Shown here: piece by piece, positions 1 to 12,744 of the stretch
How positions within the stretch are numbered: position 1 is the stretch's first letter
Layout of the letters: each line of letters begins with the position of its first letter
Source of the DNA: Camelus dromedarius
Taxonomy: Eukaryota
NCBI RefSeq assembly: GCF_036321535.1
Contig: NC_087437.1
Coordinates: 37,264,001 to 37,328,000 of the forward strand
Direction of reading: 5' to 3'
DNA: 64,000 nucleotides
The notes under the pieces: model-generated
Databases searched by the model: none
What the model saw: the letters and a program-made list of their open reading frames with translations, nothing else
Told to the model about the DNA's origin: nothing
Position numbers and translations under genes: made by a program

Positions 1-153
1 GCTACCATCTAGCAAGTGATACTAAGTGCCCAGTTCTCTTGGCCTTGCATGTATGGACTTATTTAATCTGTTACATAATACAACACTTGTTACTGGTCTA
101 GCCTGTGATATCTTTCACGTAACTGAAAGCTATCATCAGTTATGATTTACCTG

Positions 154-813
154 TGAAACCAAGAAAGACCCTGTGTTACCTTCCCAGTGACAGACCCCAC
201 CATGTCCCCCATTTCCTGTTTGTAGGAAGAACACTTTAGTATCCTAAGCCTTCTAGAGTTCCAAAGAGCAGGCACAAACAGCCACTAATTAGGGAAGCGA
301 GGGAATGCAGAAACAAAAAAAAAGCAGTCAAGCAGTAAGAGTAATGATAGCTTGAACAATAGTTCAGCAATAAAACAGAGTCCTAGTTCTCCCTCAACAT
401 ATACATAACAATCTGACGCATATCTTTGAGTTGTTCTGCAGGAACTAAGACCCCAACTCAGTTGAAGGATGGTGACTCATGCTGATCACAAGCAAGTAGA
501 CCCCAGAATGGTTGGAACCAGAAAGTTGATGATGAAGATTCCCTAAACATCATGTTTTTACTTCACCACCAACCAATCAGAAGAAAGCCCATGAATTGAT
601 CCTACTCCCTGCAACCTTCACCCCTAATGTTGCCTTAAAAACCCTTCCCTGAAAGTCCTCAGGGAGTTTGGGTCTTTTAAGCATTAGCTGTCTATTTTGC
701 TTCTTTGGTGCCCTGAAATAAATGCTGTAATTTCCTTCACCACAATCCAGTGTCAGTAGATTGACTGGCTTTGCTGCACACAGAGGAGCAAACCTGGGTT
801 CATTTCAGTAATA
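154..813 (+). mobile_element. Solo ERV1-class LTR (~660 bp) with 4-bp TSD CCTG
   Basis: Starts TGAAACC and ends TTCAGTAATA (decayed TTCGGTAACA-type end). Flanked by CCTG at 150-153 and 814-817. Internal CCAAT (573-577), TATA-like TTAAAAA (635-641) and AATAAA (717-722) are in U3-R-U5 order. Confidence 0.85.
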
Positions 814-1099
814 CCTGTGGTGATTTCATTTGAAAATAAAATAATTTGGTTTAAAAGAATAATGATTTTTTGATAATAAATGAAATCAGTGTATACATCT
901 ATATATAAAAATGCATCTATTGCTTGGAGATTTGTACTCACCTATAATTAATATTCTTCTGTTCACCAATCTAGTATATAGCCATTATGGTTGGTCCTAT
1001 TTGTTGCCTACGCTAAGGTGGAGACAGTGGATTCTAAGACAATTTTTCCTTTCTGAGTTACAGAAAGATGCAAGAAGAACATCATTCCTTCTCTGTTTG

Positions 1100-1400
1100 G
1101 CCCATTTGCATTTTACTACAGAATGTAGTTAGTTATGTGAGAACATGATGATGCCAGGAGCAAAACAATGAAATAAGCCTGAATATAAAATTTGTTATCT
1201 TAAAGACAGCAAAGATGGGGGGAAAAATAGTAAAATGAGAGCTTTAGCAGCTACGTAGATAGGCACCTGAAAGCTTGAAAAGACTTGAATGAGCTTAAGT
1301 ACTTAATCATTGTGTTGAGACATTGAAACAGCCATGAAAAGACTACTTCTGGGCTTATTATGTGAAATGGCTAAATCTTTACTGTTTGAATCACCTCTTC
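1100..1400 (+). mobile_element. Old MaLR LTR fragment (MLT1K/L-like)
   Basis: 3' part '...actacttctgggcttattatgtgaaatggctaaatctttactgtttgaatcac' resembles the MLT1 3' end; highly diverged. Confidence 0.4.
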
Positions 1401-1459
1401 ATCCCACTGGTAGAGGAGGGATTCTATGAGGATGGCTGAACATAAGAGCCCACTCTGGC

Positions 1460-1765
1460 CATATGTGATCAGCAACCGGGGTAGAGGATACTGCATGCCA
1501 TGCAGGGCTACAAGGAGGTTGCACTCAGGAACAGTGGTGCTAAGGGAGACTCTGTATTATCAAAAGGGTGAGGTGCACTCTGGTTCCCAAGGAATATGTG
1601 ATTAGCTAGTTTGAATAATCTGGATACTAGTAGGGTACTGAAAACAGATACCCAGGGACAAACAAGATGCGCATTCCATCCATTTGGTCAGAAAGGTTGT
1701 TTGGCTAGGGGACTTTCAATGCAGGAGCAGAGTAAGGAGGGGAACTTGTGGTTAAGCCATTACAG
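1460..1765 (-). mobile_element. ERVL-type LTR fragment (MER54/MER74-like)
   Basis: 'gggtgaggtgcactctggttcccaaggaatatgtgattagctagtttgaataat' resembles this LTR group in reverse orientation. Confidence 0.4.
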
Positions 1766-4629
1766 CAGCATATAATATTGAAACTTAATTTCAGGCTTTT
1801 CACCATAGTCACATATTCTGTAACTTGCAACTGAAAGCGTCTTCACTGATAGACAACTTGATAAAGGGAGTACTTAGTGAGCAACTTGACTGTGGTACAT
1901 TTGAACCTGGCTTTGATAGCAACAAGGATCAGAATATCATCTGATGGAGAAAACATTGACAGTGCTAATAAATATACCCATATTAATATTTTTAGCCACT
2001 AACCTACACTGTCTAGCAATCCATTTAGAATGTTCAGAAGAACGTTTGTTCAATAACAAAGAGGTTAAATAGGCTTAGTTTAAATATTTGACTAAAAAAA
2101 GGAAACTCTGCTAAGTAGACAAAAACAGCCTATTTTTTTCTAGGAAAAATTACACTTGTACCATTATTATACTTCTGGATGATATCTGTAGGTTAAAAAA
2201 TATTTTTGTAAATATTTTGTGTATACATAACTAAATAAATTTTTCATAAATTCATTTTTATTTCATTTTCACTAGCTTTATTTGATCAGAATTCAGAGTA
2301 TCTATTATACCCTTTCTTTTACCACCCTATTGCACAAATTTCTTGAATGTTTAATTATGTAATGAATATGGTAATTTAATTTATTTTGATTATATGCTTG
2401 CCTACAAGTCTCCCCATCACATTCTTTTAGTATTTCCTATTTGTAATCTCTCCTCTTATTTTCCAGTTTCTAGTAAAAGACCTAAAAATAGATTCCACTC
2501 TATGTAACTGTCTCCATCTTTACTTCCATAGCTGTCTATGTGAACTTCTGACATCATGTATGTATCTAACCTGGAGACCCTACGTAGAGATTGAAATTTT
2601 GCCTGTCAATTTGGACTACTGTCCTTCCAACTGACTCTCCATAATACAGATAACACTGACTTACCTTCACTCTGTGTGCTATTAGCTCAGTCCCAGCTGC
2701 CACTCAGATAAACAACTCATTCCAATATATAGTGTTATCCCAGGCTTCAGTTCGTCATTTTCTGGCTAAGCATTCTTTTCCCCTCATTTTCTTTACAGCT
2801 GGCTTAATAAGATTCTATGTGTAATTAGGTCAACTGAGGTCTGGTAGTTTCATCTTGATCCAGTGACCTAAAGTGAGGCAAGAAGGATAAATGAATACCA
2901 TCAGCTGACTTACTCTTACTGGGTTTTGCTAGTGATTTCTTGAAAAAGAACTTTCATTATTAATTTTGGTGAAGGGATTTGACCTAATAATCAGAAAGAC
3001 ATTAAGATAAAAATTATTCATACAACCTACACAGTTTAGTGACTTCCAGTACTTTGCCAAGGAGTATATTAAATTTCTGCTAATTCTTCAGAACGCATTA
3101 TTCCAAATGGATATAATGATTTTGAGTTTACACAAAAATAGAAAAAGGAAATTCAGGTTCTCATTAACGTTGCTTGGGCAATCCTACCTATAATCAGTTT
3201 AAAACAAAAAGTATTTTGGCATCAAAAGTCAAATTTTAGCATTTATCTTTAAATTTTAGAGTGCTCAAATAAGGTATGCATATTGTACTTTCTATTGAAT
3301 TTACATTTTTGACTTCTGATAAAGAATCTAGGGATATATATTTTTTTCCTGAAAATTACCTAAAAAATACATATAAAAATATTGAAATTAAAAAAACAGA
3401 ATATAGAAGAGTTTTTATTCCCAGGACATCATATACAAATTATATATAAATTTTGTATAACATTGCTCATAAATTATTTTAATGCCTTACTAGCAACTGC
3501 AAGTAGGTTAATAGACATTAGGTTGACATTTTAAACTGTTTTTGACTTTTCAGACAGTATTTCAGACATAGAAGATTAAATAAAACAAGATACCAAAACA
3601 TTATAGAATATTCCAGTTTTGTGAGGGTTTTCAAACTGATTCAATGGTCACATCGTTAATGATTTTGACATATAACTAAAGAAATTTTGAAAAATGAACT
3701 GCCAACCCTACTCCAAAAACTTATGAAATACAAATCTGTTACAGAAACATGGTGTCTGATTCTCCCATAGGCATACATATGCTCCCTCACCTTTGGTCAC
3801 TGTTCAGCCCAGACTTCAGACCAACTGCCAAGCAGACTGTGGGAGGAGAAGACCGAGTAGCCTGTGGTACAAGCCAGCCGTGGGTGGCTGGGAAGGAATG
3901 ACTCTACCAGGTCCTAGAACAGTGTTCAGTAACTAACAGTGACTTACTGCAGTTAGGTAATTACACAGAACTTGATAAGAAAATGCCCAAATCATGATCC
4001 AATCAGGTAGAAGAGACAGGGCAACAAGGAGTCCTGAAGCTGGTTAGTTGAAAGGTTCTGTATCTTGGTAAGGGATATATGGCTCTAAATGGAAAGGTTT
4101 CAGTATTTTTAGTAGACACTTCTAGGGCATTTCATAGGCCTTAGAGGAGAAAGTAGTAAGAATTACACAGAATTTTCCTACTATAACCAGAAAGGCTGGA
4201 ATTCAGAGTCTCAGTTTTAAAGGGGCTGGGCTGTTACACCAATTTCAATTCACTGGAGAGAAGGAACAGGACACACATCCAAGCACAAGGTGTGTGGGTA
4301 CTACACTGGGGCTCAGAGTTTGCTCAAGATTTGTGGGGTCAAGGAGAATTCAGACAAGCCTGTTTAGGACACTGGACCCTGAATCTAAAGATTTTGATCT
4401 GAGCTTCTACCAGAAGGAATTGCTGAGGCTACAGGATTTCTTTGTAAATTATCAGTCCTCAAGGCAAGGATACCAAAAGAGATGGGTTTTGGGGGAGAGA
4501 GTACCCACAGGGCAAAGACCAGAAATACACTCTCCTCTTTTACATTCTATGTTTGGTGTATATCCCTAAGTGCTTTGTGTGCTACTCCAGGTTAAGTATC
4601 TTATCACTTTTACTATTGTATATTTTCAA

Positions 4630-4790
4630 GAGCATTTCAAAACACTTTTTCATAAATTATACAATATCTTTTGAAGTCAGTATCATTCTCCTCCTTTACA
4701 AATGAGAATGAAGCTTGAGTAACATAAATGACTTGGAGAACTGGCAAAGCACAAATGCAGGAAATAGAACCCGGGTTTCAGACCTCTTGT
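4630..4790 (-). mobile_element. MIR SINE remnant
   Basis: Decayed core 'cctcctttacaaatgagaatgaagcttgag...aaatgacttg...agaacccggg'. Confidence 0.6.
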
Positions 4791-5147
4791 CATGAATTGG
4801 TCCACAACACAGGAGTTTCTAATGACACTATTACATGTATTCCTAATACTATTAACATATTCAGTGGATAGTAGATTAAATAATTGCTTCATTTTACCAT
4901 AAGCGACAGTCTCTAAAATAACTCATGTACATATTTGTTATATACTTTGTATATCTCCTAAAGATATGAGCCTATATGGCATTAGCATGGTACTGATCTC
5001 ATGAACAACAAAGTAATGTTATGTATTGATTTCCCCTTAGGAATTTTGTAAGACTTTACAAGTGAATCTAAAGCAATAGTTATACAGATCCAGATAGATG
5101 AATATGGATAGATTTAGAAGTTATATATAGATATAGATATAGATATC

Positions 5148-5195
<48 letters not shown>
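5148..5195. repeat. (TAGA)12 microsatellite preceded by TAGATA units
   Basis: Direct reading. Confidence 0.97.
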
Positions 5196-5289
5196 GATAT
5201 TTAGACATCTGAACATTTTAAAAAGATCAATCAACTTAATTATTATGTGCTACATTTTCAACATCCATGAACAGAATTCAGACATGCCT

Positions 5290-6624
5290 GGTTGGGCATA
5301 CTGGCTAAAGCCAAAAGAATCACTGAGAGAGAAATTCATCATTACATTTTAATCAGTATGCTTTTGTTTCAAAGATATCAGTGAGAATTTTAAACTTGAT
5401 CAGTGATTTTGTTTTGGAAATGTTTGGTGAATCTATTGTATTTAGTTAGGCTGTGGCTAATGGTAAGGAAAACCAATTCAGAGGATAAACACATACCCTG
5501 TCAAAGTAAAGACGTCACCAACATGGCAAATCCTTTAGTAGAAGTTGTTTAAATGTGGTAGTTACATGAGGGAAGTATTCTTTCTTTCAGCTTCATTGCC
5601 AACAAATAGAACTAACTCTGATCCTATGCAATTCTGAAGGATTATATAGACAACAAATGTTGCTTGGAGTTTTAAATGTTTTTAGGAGTATGTCCTGATG
5701 GCACAGATGTAATGACTGGAAAACATTCTGGAGTAGCCAGCCAGATAAAGAAGCTTGTGCCAGACTGTAAGTCAGCACAGTAGTTTCTTCATTGTAACTA
5801 TCTTGCTATGAAAAAATGTTGGCTGAAGCAAATGCTCAGTTTTGTGATAAATGTTAATGTGTGAAATTAAAGATTGCAAACTGCAAGTGTTACTGTGTGT
5901 TGAGATAAGATGGCTATTATGGGGAACGTTTCTCAGAAGAATATTTGATCTACAAAATGAATTGTGTTTCTTCAAGAGTAGAAATCAGTTTGATCTCAAA
6001 TTTTTTAAGATGTGAAATGAACATCAAGATAGCTATACTGTTTTTAATGATCTTAATATTTCAAAGCATAGAGGGAAAACCTAAAAACATTTATAATATT
6101 AGAAAAGCGGATTTTCTACATATTGTTATAAGAAGTTCCGTAATTTATCACAACTACCTATAAGCTGAGTGAGTACTGATGTTGAACATTTGTAGACTTT
6201 ATTGCTGATCACCTTATGGATTAATATTTTGAACTTGGTTCTCTATCAAAGAAGCATCTATTCATGAAATTCATGGATCTTGAATCCATTTCATTCATTA
6301 GAAGATAGTCTGAACTTAAATATAAATTGAAAGGATAAAGTGTTGGAATTTGCTACTTACAAGGCTGAAAAAACAATCTTGAGAATATAGCATCACTTAC
6401 ACCATTTGACATGAAAGCTAAACATAAATATCTAGAAGTTTCTGACATTGCTTTAAAATCTCTCCTTCCACTCTTGTCAACACATCTCTGTGAGATTAGT
6501 TTTACTGCTAAGAGTGTCATTAAAATAATCACAGAAACAGTTTAGAAATATATTTTCTCCTGCAAATATCATGACATCAGTTTACTCTAGATTAATAACC
6601 AAGAAAAAGACTTATTTGACACAT
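5290..6624 (+). mobile_element. Decayed hAT-Charlie/Buster-type transposase (FAM200/ZBED5-like), multiple stops and frameshifts
   Basis: Manual translation: from 5685 GVCPDGTDVMTGKHSGVASQIKKLVPDCKSAQ*FLHCNYLAMKK (catalytic DG and CxxH region). From 5881 LQVLLCVEIRWLLWGTFLRRIFDLQNEL (RW motif). From 6411 MKAKHKYLEVSDIALKSLLPLLSTHLCEISFTAKSVIK (dimerisation domain, catalytic E). Then frameshifted HRNSL and SRLITKKKTYLTH. Confidence 0.9.
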
Positions 6625-7049
6625 AAAACAACTTCCAATGTTGATATAAACAATGCTTGTTCATAGCGTACATATATACATCTAATACAGAAATTGAGAT
6701 TTCATTCATAATCGTCTCTCCTCTCCTCACCGTTTCTCTCTCTCTCTCTTTTTATTTTTCGTATTTTTATTTTGTTTTGTTTTCTTACAAGCCTGTCCTT
6801 GAGTCCAGGCATCACCTCAAATGCACTTTGCTTCTCTCCTTGGACATGATACTCCCCTTAGAGTCTTCTTGAGACAATGCCTCTATGTATATGTTTGTTT
6901 GTTTGTTTGTTTACTTTTTATCATAATAAATTTATAATTGTATATGAGATGCAAAAAATGTCAGGAGTGAATAAGAAATTTTCAATTTTCAGATTGCCAG
7001 AGACTAAACCATACTACCAGAGCAGTCTTGCTATAGTGACTAAGAGCAT

Positions 7050-7595
7050 ATATTACTTGTCTATTGCCCTGCAAAGAATTATCACAGACATAGAGGCTTA
7101 AAGCAAAGCATACTGAGTAGCTCTAAGTTTCTGTGACCCAGGTTTCTGGGCTGGATTCTGTTTCTTCAGAGTATCTCACAAGACTTTATTCAAGGTGTCA
7201 GCCATGGCTCAGGTCCATGTGGAGGTTCCACTGGGGAAGAATCTGTTTCCAATCTCATAAGTTGTTGGCAGGATTCAGTTCCTTGCAGGTTGTTGGACTG
7301 AGGGCCTCAGCTCTTGTGAGGACTGTCAGCTAGAGGCCACCCTCAGTTCCCTGTCATGTGAGCCCCTCTAATATGGCAACTTGCTTCACCAAATCCAGCA
7401 AGGGAGAGAGTCTGCTAGCAAGATGAAAGGCACAGTCCTATGTGTCTAAACATGGAAGTAACATGCCATCACCTCTGCTGCATTCTATTCATTAGGAGCA
7501 AGTCTCTAGGGCAGCCCACTCAAGGCTATGGGATTACACAGGAGTGTGAGTACCAGGGAGTGAAGGTCACAGAGGACCAACTTAGAGTCTGCTTG
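7050..7595 (-). mobile_element. MaLR LTR (MLT1E/F-like), near full length
   Basis: Diagnostic segments 'ggcaggattcagttccttgcaggttgttggactgagggcctcag' and 'catcacctctgctgcattctattcattaggagcaagtc...ggattacacaggagtgtgagtaccaggg'. Confidence 0.85.
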
Positions 7596-7979
7596 TCTGA
7601 AAGCCTGTCTATCTCTTCATGAGGGTCTAGTGAACAGTAAGTTCAGAGTCAAAGAATTATGAGGGAAGAAGTTGTCTCTGAAAGAAATATGAGGCTAATT
7701 CATTACAGATAAGCAAAGAAAACAAATTTGTGCAGTGAGGGGCCTCCCAGTGGACTGTGTATATGGAGATGTTGACACTTCTCTATTTTCTCCAAGACCG
7801 AAACTGAGTGACTAACTTCTGTTACAATTCAGTAGAATCAAAATGCAGGGCTGATATATATATATTCTAAATTAAATGAAAGGCTTCAGAAGTATTCTGG
7901 AATTTTTTTTCCAGTTAAAAGTATTTCTTGTGCCTGTAGAAGTCATTTACAAACAAGCTAAATGCCAATTTTTAAAATA

Positions 7980-8350
7980 TTGTCACATTCATAATATTAA
8001 TCTATGAGGACTATAATACTCATGGTGTTTTTCCTGTATGGGTATCTATTTCCATTTTTGCAAGTTTTTTGTCTTTCATTTCATATTTAGGTTTTTTACT
8101 CATAGGCTATAGACATTTTTGTAATTTTTGTTAAGTAAGATGTTATCTTTCCATTACACTTATGAATAAGATTTCTTTCAGTATGTTCTCCAGTATTAAA
8201 TAATTGCCACTGGTAAGAAGCAAATACCTTTATTAAATTATAATAATTTTGAATTATTTATTTGTGGCTGGTCAGTATAAATGCTATTATCTCCAAAAAC
8301 TCATGCTTATCTATATTCTATTTCTTATTTTATTGACTAGGACTTTAAAT
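7980..8350 (-). mobile_element. Old L1 (L1M/L1ME) ORF2 fragment
   Basis: T-rich strand with L1-like segments ('atgggtatctatttccattttt', 'tttcttattttattgactaggacttt'); very diverged. Confidence 0.4.
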
Positions 8351-8859
8351 TAAAAGTAAAGTTTCTGAAAAACCACATTTTACATTTGTTATAGAAGTGA
8401 CACTGCAGCATAAATGCAGAAGATTCTGCTCATTAAGAATGGTTTATTTTGCAAGTGCTATTTGAAATAAATTTTTTATTATAAACTAGATAGGTTCAAC
8501 AGTGTTCACAAAAGCATTCAAGTGATCCTTAGCCCCAGCTATCCTCCACCGTTCTTTCTGTAATCCTAATGTCATTTGACAAAACAGAGGCAAATGGCTG
8601 TGACACAAAACAAAGATCTGGTCTAGGAAGTAAACCACAGCAAGTTCCATTTCTTAACTGTACTCTTATTGATGGAGATTCCTGTCAATTGCTAAATTAA
8701 GCTCATATTTTATTTTGAAACTTTTTGGGGGTCAAATCTGGGATTTCTTCAACTTTGAGAAAGATATATTTAGATCTTCACACCCAAGCTTCCCTTTTAA
8801 AAGCATTCTTCTTCCTGTGATCTTCTTATAATTTTAAATTATAAATAATTATATATGAG

Positions 8860-8990
8860 GATTTGTATACATGTCTTACTTCCCATACTAGATCCTACAC
8901 CTCCTGCAAGCTGAGTCTCAAAAAGCTACAAAGTATCCTGCACACAACTGGTATTCAATAAAAATTAGTGGAAAGAATGAAATGAATGTA
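8860..8990 (+). mobile_element. L2 3' end
   Basis: 'cctgcacacaactggtattcaataaaaattagtggaaagaatgaaatgaatg' L2 tail. Confidence 0.6.
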
Positions 8991-10199
8991 ATACAGTGAT
9001 TTCAGATTATTTCATTGATAACTATTTAAGCTTAGAGTTTCAGTTTAGACCTATGTTATATTTAATGAACCATGTTTTACCTTCTTTAAAATGAGAAAAT
9101 GCATTAACCTTTTTTCTCATTCCATAAACCTGGCACTTAATAGCACATTTTCTAGCTTTGTAAACAGCAGGATTAGATTTTCATTTGAATAAGCTCCAAG
9201 TCTTCTTGTGCTAAATATGACAGCTTTGAATACATTTGTACTACTCTGATTCACTCACAACATAGTGATACAATTTGGCAAGTAGTAATTTCCAGAGTAA
9301 TAAACAAAATGAGAATTCAGAAGTCTAAAAGGCACACATTGATGAAAGTGACACTTTTTAAAAATTCAAACAAGTTATTTTTCTCTGTTAGAAAATATAC
9401 TCCAGGAACTTGGTTTGGCACTTATTAATTTTCTCCTGATATCATTAAAAATGAGAAATATTTTGTCAAATACTTCACAGAAGAATACATGAATGTTCAG
9501 TTGTGACTAGGGATAAATATGCTGTTGGGATCTACCAAAATTTTGCCCTTATTCTAATTTGACCTATTTAATTAAGGTGTAAATGAAATATTCTATAAAT
9601 GTTTCCTTATCTAATAGTTTTTAAAAATCCTATGTGAAATACAGTCACATTCAGAAATTATATATTAGAAATACAGCTGAGTCAAAATGACAAGAATGCC
9701 CATGTATGAACATATAATCTTGTGCTTAAATTGAAGCTATATTTAAATCCAGTAACAGAAGAGTTGTAGATATTTCTAATTGTGAACTTTGGTCAAATTA
9801 ATGACATCTTTTCTGTCTACTGTTTCCAAGGATTCTGTGTAGGTATTTACAAAACTTGTGATGATACTGCCTGTTGAAAAACTTTGAAGAAAAAAAGTTG
9901 TCAGAAATATTTTGAACTGAGTATTTATAAATAGGATTTTAATATCTGTAAGTGTAAGTTTTAGAAAGCCAAGTTGCCCATTATCTACATGCTGGTTCCT
10001 TAATTAATGCATATTTATTGACCCCTTATTGAACTCTTGCCACTTGTGAATTATGTGGCAATGTTATTCATGTCTTAAACAGAGGAAGATAGAAGAGTAA
10101 CAGGGCTGAGGAGGCAGTGCATATAGCTGGACATAAGCTTTAAGTTGGTCTTACGTGACACAGTGGCAGGTAACATCCAGGAGACAGTATCTCACAGCT

Positions 10200-10350
10200 C
10201 TCAGAAGCTTCACTTCTGAATCAGGCAGACCAAAGTTACATGTCTGATTTGCTGTCTATTAGCTTGTATTGCATGTGACTATTTACTTCATATCTCTGAG
10301 CCCTTTCTTTTATGCAAAATGGTAAGAATTGTATCACATTTGATAGTTCT
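10200..10350 (+). mobile_element. MIR SINE remnant
   Basis: 'tcaggcagacc...tattagct...tatttacttcatatctctgagccc...tatgcaaaatgg'. Confidence 0.55.
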
Positions 10351-10509
10351 AAAATGTAAACACTGTACATTTGAGGGTTTATTATGCATCAGGGATGACT
10401 GCAATATTTTATTGGTAATGATGAGGCTACTCACAGAAACAGAAATGACTATGGTTTTGCTGCTGCTGCTGCTGCTACTGATTTTTCCATAGAGGGTAAC
10501 CAGAGGCAG

Positions 10510-10922
10510 TTATGGGGGGAGTGTTCCAGATTCCAAGATAAGATTAAATGTCCAAGTATTTTATTAAGGGAACCATGTGGGAGAGTAAATGGTAAGAAAA
10601 TCTAGGGAGGCTGGAAAAGTTGTCAGTCAACATGTGAATATGACCCCAGGGCAAGGAGATAGATTGCCTTAGTGTCTAAGGAATGTTCAGCTAGGTCCTT
10701 CCATGGTCTCAAGGTCAGAGGAGTTCTGTGTTTTCCAAGAACAGTTCTGCGTTTTCCAAGAACAGTTCTGCCTTAAGTATCCCTGCCATGCTCAGTCATT
10801 AAGAAAGAATTTAAGTGAAGCCTGACTACGATGGATTTCAGAGTGCAGCAGCTGAGCACTTGGTTAATTAAGCTCCCTGTAGTTGGAGATCTACGACGCT
10901 CATTTCCTATGGTGGCCCCACA
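10510..10922 (-). mobile_element. ERVL LTR16-like LTR
   Basis: 'gtatccctgccatgctcagtcatt...gatggatttcagagtgcagcagctg...gctccctgtagttggagatct' matches the LTR16 group in reverse; ends ...cccca-ca. Confidence 0.65.
10722..10771. repeat. 21-bp tandem duplication AGTTCTG(T/C)GTTTTCCAAGAAC x2.4
   Basis: Direct reading; one mismatch between the two full copies. Confidence 0.9.
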
Positions 10923-11139
10923 CTTGAAAGAGGTGTGTTGGATGGATTGGAGTAGGGACATTTAGGAGAAGCAAAAGGTGACTACTGATGGCTTCCCTTT
11001 TACAGAGATCCTAGAAGAGTAGTGTACTCATTTATTTTAGACTCAGCATTCAGCCCATTTCTGTTTGAGCCAAAGTCACTTATTTCCAGTACACTCACAT
11101 TCTTTCCAAAGAATCCTTTTGAGTTTTATATGTTACAGT

Positions 11140-11325
11140 TTAGTAAATAGCTTATATTATTTATCTTTGGTATTGAAACTCAATAAAACCCATGAAGTTG
11201 ATGGTGGTTAGGATGTCATTTGAGGAAACCAAGATTCAGTGAGCATCTGGATGGCGGGGTGTGTGGGTGTGCTAGTGAGTGGAAGATCTAGGACACCGGA
11301 GACTTGCCTTAACTCCAAGCCTGGT
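11140..11325 (-). mobile_element. MIR SINE remnant
   Basis: 'tcaataaaacccatgaagttg...tttgaggaaaccaagattcagtgag...gctagtgagtggaagatctaggac...aactccaagcc'. Confidence 0.55.
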
Positions 11326-12744
11326 GGAATTTCAAGTAGCCCAGTGGCTGCAGTACTCCAGAAATGTACAGTAAATTTGGCGAAGATCAGGTCCTAAAGA
11401 TATCCTCAAAGTACAGATTATACTGTCAGTTGAGCTGGTGATGGTGCAAAGGAGAAGAGTCAAAGACAGTTTCCACATCTGTGTGGCAGAGAGGATAAGA
11501 CCCATGGATAAGATAAATGTAAATAGTTCATATGATTATGCCCCTCAGTGGGGTCAACTTGCAGATTCATTATTTAGAGGGAGATTTTATTAAAGCCTGT
11601 GAGAAGCAGCGTATTTGTTATGGGAGCAAAAATAGAGCAGGTCTGCAGGTGAAGTCTCTAGGATTTCAGAGCTTATTTAATGTTTGAAAATCAAAGCAGT
11701 CAAATAAAATATGTTTCTACTGTTATACAAATGTATCATTTCAGCACATCTAATGTCAGCTTTGGACATCATAAGAACAATACCAGACTCATATAGAAAA
11801 TCAACCCTATAGGATATAAACCCTTAGTTACAAGTTGATACATATTTATTTGCACATAACAAAACTACCTGGGAGTATAAAGATCATTTAAAGCTCTTTT
11901 TTTATACACTTCTATTTACTGAATGGAAACAAATTTATTCGAATATCAAGAGGACTAGACACTATTTAAATATACCAGAGATATTAAAATAGGTCATGAG
12001 ACTTTCTCATGACTGCTATCAAGCTGGCAAGCAAATTCAAGGTTTGCAAATAAATGTCATTTTGGTTTCACATTTTCCATTAGGGAAACAAAAGTAGGAA
12101 AGCTAATTTGGGGAATTTTAAACTTTCTCTGGAGGTTTCACAAATATGTTGTCCTGTCTCATTCTTGATTAAGTAAATTGAATAATAAAACACATAAACT
12201 CACAGATTGACTGATTCCATGGATGTTCTTGCCAGCTGTTGCGATTTTATTGAGTAATATATTATCAGTGTGATGGTGAATTTGTGATGATAAATTGCTC
12301 TGTTACATAATTAGAGAAATCGTGTCCTGATGATATATTAACTCAATAACCCAGTAGCAGGCAGAAGAAAATTATTTTAGAAATTCTGATTCTACCATGA
12401 TTATTTTTAAGTACACTGCATATAACATTTAAGTTGTTTGTACTATAACAGCACCCAAAATGTTTTTATCCAATGCTTCCATTTCACAATTGGGAATCAT
12501 TCAGGGATTGGGAAAAAAGGTGCAATTTAGTACTGGCTTAACTATATTTTCTAATATTCTAATTTCCTAACCCTGAATAATGATTCTGAAAATCAGTTTC
12601 CCCATTTGAAAAATGGATGAAATAATAGTTATCTCAGACTGTTATTATAAGGATAAAGTAAGTCTAGGGGTGTTTGGGAAGATTTGTAAGGAAAGATGCA
12701 AAGGCAAGATAATTCAGTGCTTCTGGGTTATGGTATGGGTTTAT

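Noticed and set aside
11993..12013. Perfect 9-bp hairpin GTCATGAGA-ctt-TCTCATGAC
   Set aside because: A few such stems are expected by chance in 64 kb of AT-rich DNA.
12263..12336. Canonical C/D box snoRNA
   Set aside because: The perfect C box is only ~47 nt from the D box. The alternative C box (GTGATGG) gives non-canonical k-turn spacing, and I recognise no rRNA-complementary guide.
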